A stretch of DNA of 64,000 nt from Octopus sinensis (lineage: Eukaryota). This document shows, in pieces, positions 1 to 11,508 of the stretch. The stretch spans positions 38,130,001-38,194,000 of the forward strand of contig NC_042998.1 in assembly GCF_006345805.1 (NCBI RefSeq), written 5' to 3'. The notes under the pieces were generated by a model that ran no database searches, was not told the DNA's origin, and saw only the letters and a list, made by a program, of their open reading frames with translations. Positions within the stretch are counted from its first letter, which is position 1. Every line of letters starts with the position of its first letter. The translations under genes and the position numbers were made by a program.

Positions 1-43
1 ATACACACATATACACATGCAATCAAACGTTACATTGTGTATG

Positions 44-247
<204 letters not shown>

Positions 248-279
248 TGTATGTATGTATGTATGTATGTATGTATGTA

Positions 280-580
280 CAGGGTGCGGCGAATATATTG
301 TCGTCTGAATTAACTAAAAATAAAAATAATACACTCTCATTTTAACAGATATTTTCACAGATATATTCGTCTTCGAGCTTCCGTCTACAGTGCTAAGCAG
401 TACAGCATGTCATTTCCAAATTTCTGGATATGTGAATAGCGACATGGTGCTGTTTTTCTCACAGACGGTGCCCAACTGACCCTACAAAATTGTGCAGTCG
501 ACGTCGACAATATCAAACAATAACAATATGCGTGCACAAAATTAAAAATATAAAACCGCGAAAATTTACCCATCGAGAAC
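280..580 (-). mobile_element. internally deleted Tc1/mariner (maT/DD37D-like) derivative
   Basis: TA+CAGGGTGCGGCGAAT TIR at 278-295; 400-560 aligns with 1945-2110 of the larger copy. Confidence 0.65.
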
Positions 581-1084
581 TCAAATACGTGAACAAACAA
601 AACTTTAAAACACCCCCAAAAGTGATTTTCTTTCTGACTCCCCAAGAAATTCCTTCTAATATTTCTAATATTTGATAAAATGGATACATCGAAACCGTTT
701 GTGTTTTATTAAGCATTCTCTAAAATATACTAATGTTCTTTTTTTTTTTTAGATATTTCTGCCAATTTTCATGGGCAACAACCGTTGATTTCCCTAATTT
801 ACTTATTACTTAATTGCCGGACAGCGTCGGTTAAAATCCTCTTGTAAGAGAATGTACGTGTGTGTGCGTGCGTGTGCGTGTGTGTATGTGTGTGTGTGTG
901 TGTTTGTGTTTGTGTGTGCGTGTGTGTGTGTGTGCGTGTGCGTTTGCGCACGTGTGTGTGTGTGTGTGTGTGGCTGAATAGAAAAAGAACTCACAAGCAC
1001 ATGTTCTAATACATGTATATTCCAAAACGTTGGAAAATAAAACCCTAAATCTTATCCACACCTCCTCATTATTCTGGTTATATA

Positions 1085-2120
1085 CAGGATGCGGTGAATA
1101 AACTCTCGTCCAAATTACACAAAAAGACTATTGAAAAGGTTGCAAGATGCAACGAAAATTTTAGAAAAATAAAAATAAGAAATAAGTGGAAATTTTACCG
1201 GTGAGTGTTAAATTATAAGGCACTAAAAGAGAATGACTATCCCCAGACACAGCAGAATATGCTTCAAAACACGAACTCACATAAAGAATCTTGCAAACCT
1301 AATCAAAAAAACGAAATAAGAAAATAAGACTGACATCTCATTTTAACAGATATATTTACCAAAATTACATTAAAATATCTTGAAATACTAAAGAGTAAAT
1401 CTATTCAATAAAATCGACATTGGCTTCAACCACGGCCGCCAAATGACTTCGGAATTTCCTGCAACTCTTCTATTTAAGAGTTGCAGGAAATCTTGTTTAA
1501 GTTGGTGAATGCTTCCATAATCCTTGCCTTCAGTTCATCATTGGTGTTACAAGGAGTTTTTTGGTCTCTCGCTCAACTGTGCCCCACACATAATAATGAA
1601 TCGGGTTGCAGTCAGGGGAGCTAGGTGGCCAGATGTTAGGGGTGACGTAGTCGCAGAAATTGTCTGCTTGCGTGGAATGGTGCAGAGTCCTGTTGTAAGA
1701 TACACGGTCTTCCAGCGGCCAATCTCTTGACAAAGGGCAGCACTACCTCCTCCAGGCTCTTGATGTAGGCTTCCGTATTGAGTCTGTGGCCGTGTGGGCA
1801 GGTGAATAGAGGCATAACTTCATCATCACTAGGGATTACTCCAAACATCCTGATGTTGAGCGGATGTTTGGTTTTTATCACTCTCAGTACATGTTTGTAT
1901 TGGAGCTTCGGGCGCTTCGTACTAAAGCTTCCGCAACGAATGCCAAGCAGTACAGCATGTCGTTTCAAAATTTCTGGCCGAGTGAATTGCGTCGTGGGGC
2001 CGTTTTTCTCACAGGCGGTGCCCAACTGACCCTACTACACTGTTTAGTCAACAAAATCAAAAACAAGCAATAGGCGAAATTAAAAATATGAAAAGGCGAC
2101 AACTTACCTTTCGCACGCTG
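1085..2120 (-). mobile_element. Tc1/mariner transposon remnant (maT/DD37D-like) with deleted, frameshifted transposase
   Basis: TA-flanked imperfect TIRs (caggatgcggtgaat... / ...cctttcgcacgctg); motifs QQDSAPFH and WPPSSPDCNPIHYYVWG on the minus strand. Confidence 0.85.
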
Positions 2121-2193
2121 TATATCGTTCTTGCAGTAATTCTATTGACAAAAAATATCGCAGTGTCACTGATCATATTTTCTCTATGTTTAG

Positions 2194-2334
2194 CTTTCGA
2201 ATGCCACCTCCCTTTCTGTATATATCTCGAACCCCTCGCTATCTCTATCTTTGAAGCTCGAATTCTTCAACCTGAAATAGACGACAAAACACCGAATTGG
2301 AAACAACTCGATCTGTTGCAGGAACAATCTCCAA
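2194..2334 (+). pseudogene. candidate exon (47 codons, open, phase 1-1): AFECHLPFCIYLEPLAISIFEARILQPEIDDKTPNWKQLDLLQEQSP
   Basis: Acceptor tttctctatgtttag|, donor caa|gtgaga, open frame; FECHLPF loosely resembles the RNF213 F.S..PFS motif. Confidence 0.45.
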
Positions 2335-2585
2335 GTGAGAATCTTCAGATGATACTCAGAAACTGATCCCATTTGTTTACCGTGAATATCACTAAATGCT
2401 TGCTTATTGTAAATGTGAGGTTATTCGAAATTTATCTAAATATACATATTACGTCTCAATACATTACATTACAGGTTGATGTGTGTGCGTGTATATATAT
2501 ATATGTGAGTGTGTGTGTGTGTGCGTATGTATATATATACATATATATGTGTATATTTATATATATATATATCTTTATATATGTG

Positions 2586-2643
<58 letters not shown>

Positions 2644-2830
2644 TGTATGTATGTATATATATATATATAGATAGATATATATATGTATGTATATATATAT
2701 ATATATATGTATATATATGTATATATATATATATGCATGTATGTATACTTAACGTGCCACACCGAGCAGAAATGAAACAGGTTACTCGCCAGGGAAAATA
2801 TGTGATAATGGATTTTGCGTGACCTTTCAG

Positions 2831-2990
2831 CTATTTACTAGAAAGTCTAAATGGTCAAATAAATAAACATGTGCAAACACTTGTCAATCGAGTTTCGTTA
2901 GTCTGGATAGTCAGGAGATCAGTGTGAACTTTGCCAGGCACTGAAGCTCTTCACACTAACAAGACTTCGTCTGTTGTTGCTCTCATTTAA
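2831..2990 (+). pseudogene. candidate frameshifted exon: [27 protein letters not shown] / ELCQALKLFTLTRLRLLLLSF
   Basis: Acceptor cctttcag|; two protein-like frames joined by one apparent frameshift. Confidence 0.3.
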
Positions 2991-3124
2991 ATCATAAAAT
3001 ACCAGTATATAAGTTGACAGCTAGAAAAGAGAATATGTCATAATGGGCCGCTTAAATATGCATAAAGAGAAATAAGAAAATCCAAATTGTGTCTTTTTTT
3101 TTTAATATTTAATTAATTATTTAC

Positions 3125-3400
3125 ATTCTGAGTTAAGTCGACTTTGCCTTTCATCCTTTCGGAGTCGATAAATTGCGTACTGGGATCTATCTTATCGACT
3201 GGCCCCCCTCACCAAATATTTCGGGCCTTATGCCTAGAGTAGAAAAGAATATTTGATTAATTACAAGTAGACGGCGAGCTAACAGTACTGTTTGCAGGCC
3301 GGACAAAGTGCTTACATATTCTGGGTTCGGATTGAGTTTACCCTATCATCCTTTTGGATGGTGGAGGATGGGATCAATTAAATGAGTGCGAGTTCAGCAC
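3125..3400 (+). mobile_element. two diverged fragments of the ggcggcgagctggcagaa-type SINE
   Basis: gtcgactttgcctttcatcctttcgg shared with 29458 and 58645. Confidence 0.6.
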
Positions 3401-3439
3401 TGAGGTGTATGTGATCGAGTTTCCCCATCACCTGAATTT

Positions 3440-3735
3440 TCTAGCCTCCAGTCAAAATTTGTAAACCTGAACTTGTAATCTGGGTAGAATAACTGCAGGT
3501 TTCTCAATAGATCAGCGTAGGTGATCTCTTTTTCACAGATCTTCAGCTTTATATTGACATCCGCTGGGCAGCTGATTTCCACAACTGTACACAGTTTCTC
3601 TCCTCTATCTCAAAACCTTATATCAGGTCTGTTGTGTTTGCATTTTTTTGAGGTTTTCACTGGGGCATTCCACTAGTCCTCCATTTTATCATGAGTGGCT
3701 ATCGCCTCTACCATACTGTGGGTTCTTTTTTCTTT
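3440..3735 (-). mobile_element. REL-endonuclease fragment of a Dong/R4-related non-LTR element (lineage D)
   Basis: KHNRPDI..DRGEKLCTVVEISCPADVNIKLKICEKEITYADLLRNLQLFYPDY; homologous to 38010-38450. Confidence 0.8.
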
Positions 3736-3809
3736 GTATGTATGTATGTATGTATGTATGTATGTATGTATGTATGTATGTACGTATGTATGTATGTATG
3801 TATGTATGT

Positions 3810-4200
3810 AAGGGAAGGGTCTTCCTTTGATTCTGACATGCAATGTCTGTGCAAGACCCTGCCTCAGTAAAGCTGGACTCATGAGTCATCTTCGCAGTCA
3901 TAAAACGAGACAGATGAGTGACAACCTGGCCACTGGTGGTGGTGTAACACACCATATTAATCATATCTATCGGGCATGTGGAAGAGAGTGTAATTCGGCA
4001 GGAGGACTTAAACGACATGCAAGGGTATATGAAGCCCAGTTACAACTACAGCCGGCTATTACCAGTAAAGGTTTTAGTTGCCAATTTTGTACAAGACATT
4101 GTAGCTCTTTAGCTGGGCTAAAAAGTCACATTCGATCACAGCACCAGTAACAGTTAAGCTTCGTGCAATGGCCATACTCGATAACGAGGGGACAGCCATA
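3810..4200 (+). mobile_element. 3' end of an RTE-type LINE with C-terminal C2H2 fingers and (ATGT)n tail
   Basis: CxxCxRxCxSxAGLxSHxRxH motifs typical of RTE ORF2 ends; short 3' UTR ggccatactcgataacgaggggacagccat; flanked by (TATG)n. Confidence 0.7.
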
Positions 4201-4616
4201 ATGTATGTATGTATGTATGTACACCTTCGAAAATGTATACATTTCTGTATTTTTCTTTATCTCTGTGTCTTATTTCCTGTCTAGGTTTTGTTGAAAGCTC
4301 TCTGGATTTCAGAAAGGAGTGTACACTTCAAACACAATTCAGTTTTTACTTTTATTCAACAAATACAAACAAACTTTATTTGTTGTAAGCCTATTCAAAG
4401 AAATAAAACGTGTTTTCTTACATCATTTAATATTGCTTTTGACTTTTTCGTTTTGGTCGAATTTTTGTTTGCCCCATCTATCTTCTTCGTTTTAATCATA
4501 TGCTGCCCTTGGTGACACAATCGAGGTATTTATTTACATGACGGCTTTGTAATGTAAAACGTCAAACTGAATAACGCCTAGAAAGTGAAAAAAGAGATCT
4601 TGTTTAAAAGTCTATA

Positions 4617-4749
4617 AGTGCAGGCGTGACTGTATTGGAAGAGTCTGCTTCTCAACCGCACAGTTCCGGGTTCAGCTCCACTGCGTCACACCTAAGTCAC
4701 GTGTTTTCTACTATAGCCTCGGACTGACCAGACGTCTGGCCTAACCATC

Positions 4750-4781
<32 letters not shown>

Positions 4782-5075
4782 TGTATGTATGTATGTATGT
4801 ATGTATGTATGTATGTATGTGCGAGTGTGTGCGTGCGTGAGTGAGAGTGTGTGTGTGAGAGAGAGAGATTATGTGTGTGTGTCTGAATGAATGTGTGTAT
4901 CTGTGTACGTGCGTGTGTATGTGTGTGCATGTGTGTGTGTGTGTGTCACCACCGCTTGACAACCGGCGTTGGTGTGTTTACGTTCCCTTAAAAAAGAAGT
5001 GCTGAAGTCGATTCGGTGGACAAAAATCTTTCAAGGCATTGCTCCATCATCACCACAGTCTTTGGACTAAAACGC
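4617..5075 (+). mobile_element. tRNA-derived octopus SINE with internal microsatellites
   Basis: Head ...ccgggttcagctccactgcg..ttctactatagcctcgg; homologous to 18262, 26727 and 33585. Confidence 0.75.
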
Positions 5076-5394
5076 ATAGAGATAAAAGGCTATGCGCTAT
5101 TTTTCGTTTTTTTTCTTCTTCTTACTTTCTTCCTACCGTTTAGAAATCCAATCAAAGACTACTTCAAAGCACAACAGAACAGCAAAGCCTTGTCTTTAGT
5201 TCCACTGTCTGATCCTTCAGTCCGATGGAAACGGTTATGCGAACGGAACCTAAACGCCATTATACATGGAGCTGTATATTATCCTCTTCGTTGCTCAAAC
5301 GACAATCGCCTGGTCGGCGACTAACGGTTCAGCATCCTCTCAAAACGCTCCCAACTATTTCTCCCTTCTGTGTTCAACTTGTTTTCCATCAGTA

Positions 5395-5530
5395 GACTGC
5401 GCCCATACTGGGGCACGGCTTTGAAAATTTTTAGTCAAATGAATCGACATCCGTAATTTTTGAAACCCTAGCACTTATTCTATTATTCCCTTTTGGCAAA
5501 CCGATAAGTTACGGGATGACAGAAGACAAA
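5395..5530 (-). mobile_element. SINE 3' fragment
   Basis: cccatactggggcacggctttga...ttttagtcaaatgaatcgac matches other SINE tails. Confidence 0.55.
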
Positions 5531-5554
5531 CTGTTTCTACTTCAAATTTTTATT

Positions 5555-5594
5555 GATAGTTGATAAGATGAGATTCATCGAAACCGGTAATATT
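5555..5594 (+). ncRNA. minimal hammerhead-like motif with U3:A8 core
   Basis: gatag-TTGATAA-gatg/catc-GAAA-ccgg-TA-atatt; related decayed copy at 667-700. Confidence 0.5.
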
Positions 5595-5674
5595 TTCTTT
5601 ACATAATAATTTTCTCGAATCATTTATATTTAATTCCCCTTAAATTGAAATGTACTATTTCCACCTCCATCTTA

Positions 5675-5810
5675 TATTGATAGATAGATAGAGAGAGAGA
5701 GACAGAGAGAGAGACAGAGAGAGATGGATGGATGGATGGATGGATGGATGGATGGATGGATGGATGGATGGATGGATAGATGGATGGATGGATGGATGGA
5801 TGGATGGATG

Positions 5811-5845
<35 letters not shown>

Positions 5846-6058
5846 GGATGGATGGATGGATGGATGGATGGATGGATGGATGGATAGATAGATGGATGGA
5901 TGGATGGATGGATGGATGGATGGATGGATGGATGGATGGATGGATGGATAGATAGATAGATAGATAGATGGATGGATGGATGGATGGATGGATGGATGGA
6001 TAGATAGATGGATGGATGGATGGATGGATGGATGGATGGATGGATGGATGGATGGATG

Positions 6059-6140
<82 letters not shown>
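5675..6140. repeat. compound (GATA)n/(GA)n/(GATG)n microsatellite
   Basis: Direct reading. Confidence 0.95.
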
Positions 6141-6193
6141 CGAATTTATTCGTTTTAATTACGATGAATTACCGTTTTATTCTGTTTGCAAAG

Positions 6194-6320
6194 GCAACGT
6201 TCCAATCACTTGAGCGTCCTTTAATGACCACTATCTTCAGCCATGTGCATATGCTACGGATGTTACTGGACACAGGCATGGACATTACACGCTGGTCAAC
6301 AATACTCTGACATTGAAACA
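6194..6320 (+). pseudogene. candidate exon: ATFQSLERPLMTTIFSHVHMLRMLLDTGMDITRWSTIL*
   Basis: Acceptor ttttattctgtttgcaaag|, 38 open codons, stop shortly before a gtaatt donor. Confidence 0.35.
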
Positions 6321-7324
6321 TCGTAATTTAAAAAGAGAAAAACAACAGAAAACACCTTGTTTATTTCTATTCTAAATTAGATTTATACATAATAAATACA
6401 TTTCAATGTTTACCTTTAGCCTCTTTTTAGAAAGTGCGAAGTAGGCAGCATATTTTCATATTATCAATAACATATAGATTCCTCAAGATATCAACTATTT
6501 AAAACTTTAGTTCAAGAATAGCAACGGTTTCGGTAGGATGTCTATTTGTATATCCGAAGGCAGATCTTTTTAAAAGACAATCTCATATTTAGAGACTATC
6601 ACGAGTTATTTTAATCTGAAAATGAATCTCATTAGGAAATTTGAACATGTTTCCTTTTGTTATTTTCGTTGAATAAATCTTTATATTTTTGTATTTTAAA
6701 TAACTTTTAATATGGCGGAGAGCTTTTTATTTCATTTCGAAATAAATATTTAGATAATATTGCCGGCGCAAACAAAAACCGAAACGAGATTAAGTCATTC
6801 CGAAAGTGTTCATTTAGAATTTGAAATTCCTTTTCATTTGTTTGATTTGTTCAGAGGAAATACTGCACGTCGAGCTGGTGCCATATTTAACTGATGTTTC
6901 ATGTAATTGAAATAAAAGTAAACTATGGGATGTCTGCGAAGAGAGAAAATATGAAACGAGGTAGCGAGAAATTTTCCTTGGGGTTGGAGGAAATAGAGAA
7001 TAACGGAACAGATGAGAACCATTCCTATCCCCACACGAATACGCCTACCCAGGTTGAATCGAGGTTCACTACTCCTGGTGGATGACACCTTTGCACCACA
7101 CGGGCCCAAACCTTCCAACCCAACATTTCCTCCGGGGTTTTCCCAGTTTGGCGATGAGAGTCCTACAGATCATTATGGATCTATATATTTAGGTGCAGCA
7201 GCAAAATAGTAGATTCTTTAACGCATCGTAAAAATTCTTTGCATCTTTCTCGCGATCACATCACTTTCTAAATTCAGCTCTCATTGAAATCGATAAATAT
7301 ATGAATACAAATCCTTAAAAATGT

Positions 7325-7770
7325 TTTAGCCCGAAGGCCGCGGCCATGCTGGGGCACCACCGCTGAATGAGCTACACTAATTTGTGAATCCACCTCTGAT
7401 ACGTGGCACTTGATCAACAAGGGAGTTCGATGCTGCTGCCCGCATCCGCGTCTCCTGTCGTGAGGTAGGCTCATCTGGGACTCCCAACAAGAAGAGATCC
7501 AGTTTAGTCTTAAAGAAACCCACATCCACACCATGTAAGTCTACTCAGGCGTTTAGGGGGGATGTTAAAGAGCTGTGGTCCTCTGAAACCCAAGCTGTTG
7601 CAGTATCTGGACCTGTATTTTGATGGTGATGTTGGAATCCTTGGCACCATGCAGTGGCGCCCCGTTCTGCGGTTGGAGTAACTTTGAATGCCAAAGTTTG
7701 GGACAAGACCCTCCAGGATTTTCCAGATGTATATCACCGCATATCTCTCCCGCCTCCGCTCTAGGGAGAA
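7325..7770 (-). mobile_element. 5'-truncated CR1 LINE, same family as 20891-22625
   Basis: IYIWKILEGLVPNFGI..YSN.RTGRHC..PR...RYC.SLGFRGPQLFNI is shared; tail ggtggtgccccagcatggccgcgg. Confidence 0.9.
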
Positions 7771-7789
7771 TAGTTAAATATTGGTAATT

Positions 7790-8285
7790 AATTAAGTTAA
7801 GTTAAGTTAATTTTTTGGCTCAAAAAGCAAAAAGCAAGGCCATGTAGGGGGACATGGAGTTATGTACAGGGAGGGTGTTCATGCAAAGAGTTCAGGCCAT
7901 TTCTGGTCAAGAGAGACTTTGAACCGAGCAGTCGTCAGCATCTTCACTATCTCGCCCGGCAGCTTATTCCACGGATCCGCAACCCGGACGGAGAAAGCCC
8001 CTCTCCTTCGATTGAGATGAAATCGTCGCAGATAGAGCTTTTCGGAGTGACCCTGCAGCCGACGCTCTGGAGCAGGAGTGAAGAACAGCTCTTTCGAGAG
8101 GTTACACTTTCCGCTTATGATGTTGTGAGCAAGAATGAGATCACCACGGCGTCGTCGTTTTTCTAGAGAATAAAGGTCGAGTGTCTTCAGCCTTTCTTCA
8201 TAAGACAAATGCTTGAGACAAAGAACCATGCGGGTAGCCAGCTTCTGGACTCTTTCGAGATGATGTATGTCTTTGAGGCGATAAG
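7790..8285 (-). mobile_element. 5'-truncated CR1/L2-clade LINE with (TTAAC)n tail
   Basis: LERVQKLATRMV..LSYEERLKTLDLYSLEKRRRRGDLI...FSVRVADPWNKLP. Confidence 0.9.
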
Positions 8286-8739
8286 GAGAAGAATTATATT
8301 CAGTAACACCTTCCTTGAAAACCTGAAAAAAATTCTGCAGAAACAAATGCCAAAATGTTCAACCCTAAAAGAAATCTATACAAATTCAACCTAACTTGTT
8401 TGTGAAGAACACATAATATTGTATAAATATTGTATAAAATTCGATGAAAATACGGATTAAAATTTAGCTTGATGGAGAAATAAGTTGTTTAAAATATGGA
8501 TTTATGCTATATGATGGGATTATTAGCAACGAGGATTTATGCAGTTTCATTCTGTATTAATTTTGCCTTCTATATGCAGCATTCAATAAAAGTTCCGACG
8601 TTATTTATTGGTCAGGAAAAGACGAGTTCATAAAATAAAGACAGTGATATACTTAAAATGATGCAACCACAGACATTTATACCGTCAAGCTTTCATGTAA
8701 TACGTAGAACATACATGAGATAGTTGGAGGATTTAAGAG

Positions 8740-8874
8740 GAGAGGGTCTCGGCCTTTCAACTGAAAGTGCAGACGTGCAAACGCCGTGTAGCCCTTCAGT
8801 TGAAATTTATATTAACGATTACTCTACCTTTACTTATTGCCTTTTTTCAAATGGATCAAGACAAATATTCAAAT
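8740..8874 (+). pseudogene. candidate exon 3' part: ERVSAFQLKVQTCKRRVALQLKFILTITLPLLIAFFQMDQDKYSN
   Basis: Open frame ending at strong donor aat|gtgagt; acceptor uncertain. Confidence 0.3.
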
Positions 8875-8907
8875 GTGAGTGTGTGTGTGCGCTCACGCAT
8901 GCGTATA

Positions 8908-8951
<44 letters not shown>

Positions 8952-9704
8952 TTTATATATTTATTTATTTATATATATATATATTGACACGCACACATAC
9001 ATATAACAATTCCAAGCATGTGTGTAGAGGAGGCGGCGGTGAGGGCTATATATTAGTGTGACAGTAATAATGTAGGATTCATGATAAGTAAACATTGATG
9101 CTAGATTATTGTAGTGAAATAGCTTGCGGCGTTTCTCATGAATTCGTGCACTGAAGACTCTAACGCACGCGTGCATATGTGTGTCTAGCTGTATTAGTAT
9201 CTGCATTTGTGTACGAATATTATCAGTATGTATGTTTATAGACTTTCGAATATATATTTTTATGAATGTAACTGTTATGCGTCACGAAAATAATACACCG
9301 CCTATAAGGTCAACCTTCGCAGGTATTCAAGCGATAAAGAACAAAATGTCACATTGTAAAGCGAAAACAACATTCTGTTTATTTAGATCTCATTGACTTC
9401 AAAATATTAGAGAGGATCATTATGGATATTAAACTGACATGAAATGCATCGTGAAATGCATCAAGGAGAATTTTTTTGAGCAGTTATTGCCTTTTCAACT
9501 TTTCGTTCCTGTTTCGATCCCATCTTGCCGCATCCTGGCCTGATACATTCTACGAGTCTCGTATTAACTTAAGACTTGTGTGCAAAAAAAAAAATAGATA
9601 AACAACAGATTTTAGTCAAAATTTTAAACTGCGTAGAACTCACAAAGATCATCATCTTTTCATTTTTTTTTTGTATTTTTGTTTTTACATGTTTCAATCA
9701 TGAA

Positions 9705-9850
9705 AACGGCTTGAAGGATTTTAGTCGAATGGATCGACGCCATCAGTTATGTTTTGAAAACCTACCTCTTATTCTATCGGGCTCCTTCAGTGAACAGCTA
9801 AGTTTGGGTTGGTAAGCACCTCAATACTGGTTGTCAACCGGCTGTGGAAA
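9705..9850 (-). mobile_element. SINE 3' fragment
   Basis: ttttagtcgaatggatcgac...cttattctatcgg similar to 18300-18370. Confidence 0.5.
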
Positions 9851-10446
9851 ATAAATACAGACACGGACACACGGACACACGTACACGCACAGACACGCAC
9901 AGACACGCACACACACACACGCACACACACACACGCACACATATGTGTAAGAGTGTGTGTATGTGCGCGCGCGTGTGTGTGTGTGTGTGTGTGTGTGCGT
10001 GCGTGTGTGCGTGTGGGGGTAGGGTGGGTAAAAGGACGCAGTCAATATCTAAACTGAAACTTGGAAGCAAATAATATTATGATGAATTTAAACTGCAACA
10101 AGGAATAAACCCGAAGAAACGAAACTGCGACAATAGCAACAGCGACAGGATCATAAACATTTAAACTACCAACAACATTTTCCATGAACAATTCTAACAA
10201 GTTCTACTCGGCTCAAGGAAATCTAGCGACGTCATCAAACATAAGAAATGCGAAAAGACGAGAAAAATGAAACGGATTCCATCATCGTTGTTTCGAGTAA
10301 TGTAACAAACAACGAGAAGAAGCGATGTGAGGCCAATAACAATCTTGCAAGAAGACACCAACTCATTAATTTAATCGCGGATCAAATCGTTTTATTCATA
10401 TCTTCATTCAGGTAAATACTAAGTTTTGAGTTTAAAAGAAAGTTCT

Positions 10447-10496
<50 letters not shown>

Positions 10497-10730
10497 GAGA
10501 GATTATTTCTTTATTCACTATAAGGTTGAGAAAAAGGGGACAAAACAAACGTTGGGGTCAGGGTGTCGAATGAGACGAAACGTATGAATAAACAAACAAT
10601 TAAAATATATACAATTAGATGAGAATGAGTGAATAACAAAAAATGAAGCGGAGGACGCGGTTGACCCCACAAACCACATACTCACACTGAAGACTTTGCT
10701 TTCTCCTTTTTTACATTCTCGATTAAACAG

Positions 10731-10990
10731 GTTCTTTCACTCGTAACATATTTGCTGTAGACTTCCATCTTTTACGAAACACACTTTGCGACAGGCATTA
10801 CTTCTCCACCCTTATTTTCCGTTTCATGTGGAAAACGAAAAAGTCGATTAGCTCGAGACTGGAGATAAACATGCCTGTTGCAATTCGTTTTACTCTCGTC
10901 TTCCATACTACTTCTTTCGCCATAGAGAGTGAGAGAGAGAGAAAGCAAGTACATGAGTTGCTGAAAAAGCTCTAAGTTGAGGGGCAATAA
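10731..10990 (+). pseudogene. candidate exon, 81 open codons: GSFTRNIFAVDFHLLRNTLCDRHYFSTLIFRFMWKTKK...QVHELLKKL*
   Basis: Acceptor ttttttacattctcgattaaacag|; long start-less open frame in AT-rich DNA; stop at 10973 just before a gtgaat donor. Confidence 0.45.
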
Positions 10991-11217
10991 GTGAATAATG
11001 ACGAATTTATCTGAGCGGAAATAAATGATACAAGAAGAGAGTCAATTGTGGTTCAAACATCTGAAAGAATGGTTACAATTCGGGGAGCAAAATACTATAT
11101 TTGTGATGATTGCTATAGATGAGTGTGTGTGTGCGCGTGTAAGTGTCTGTGTGTGTGTGTGTGTGTGTGCATCAATTTGAATATCTGTCTAAAATATTTA
11201 TATACATTATTTATTAT

Positions 11218-11425
11218 CTTTTACTTGCTTTAGTCATTACACTTCGGCCATGCTGGAACAGCGCCTTGGAGGAATTTTAGATCGAATGAATCAACCCCAG
11301 TACATTTTTCTTTCGCTTAAGCCTCGGACTTATTCTTTGGGTATCTTTGGCCGAACCGATAAGCTGTCTGGACGTAATCACCGGTTGCCAGTTGGTGGTG
11401 GGGCGAACGCAAATATACACTCGCG
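11218..11425 (-). mobile_element. SINE 3' half
   Basis: cggccatgctggaacagcgccttgg tail; similar to 26730-26890. Confidence 0.7.
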
Positions 11426-11450
11426 CGCACACACATAATATACAGATATG

Positions 11451-11501
<51 letters not shown>

Positions 11502-11508
<7 letters not shown>

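Noticed and set aside
3827-4150. Host C2H2 zinc-finger gene
   Set aside because: No TGEKP linkers; finger signature and 3' tail are those of RTE ORF2 ends.
5266-5425. Small secreted peptide MELYIILFVAQTTIAWS...
   Set aside because: Only 52 codons and its stop lies inside a SINE tail; no supporting evidence.
6515-6560. Further GAAAC hammerhead-like motifs (also 10563-10582, 18787-18835, 41045-41065)
   Set aside because: Each lacks either the CUGANGA-type core or a correctly placed NUH triplet and stem I.
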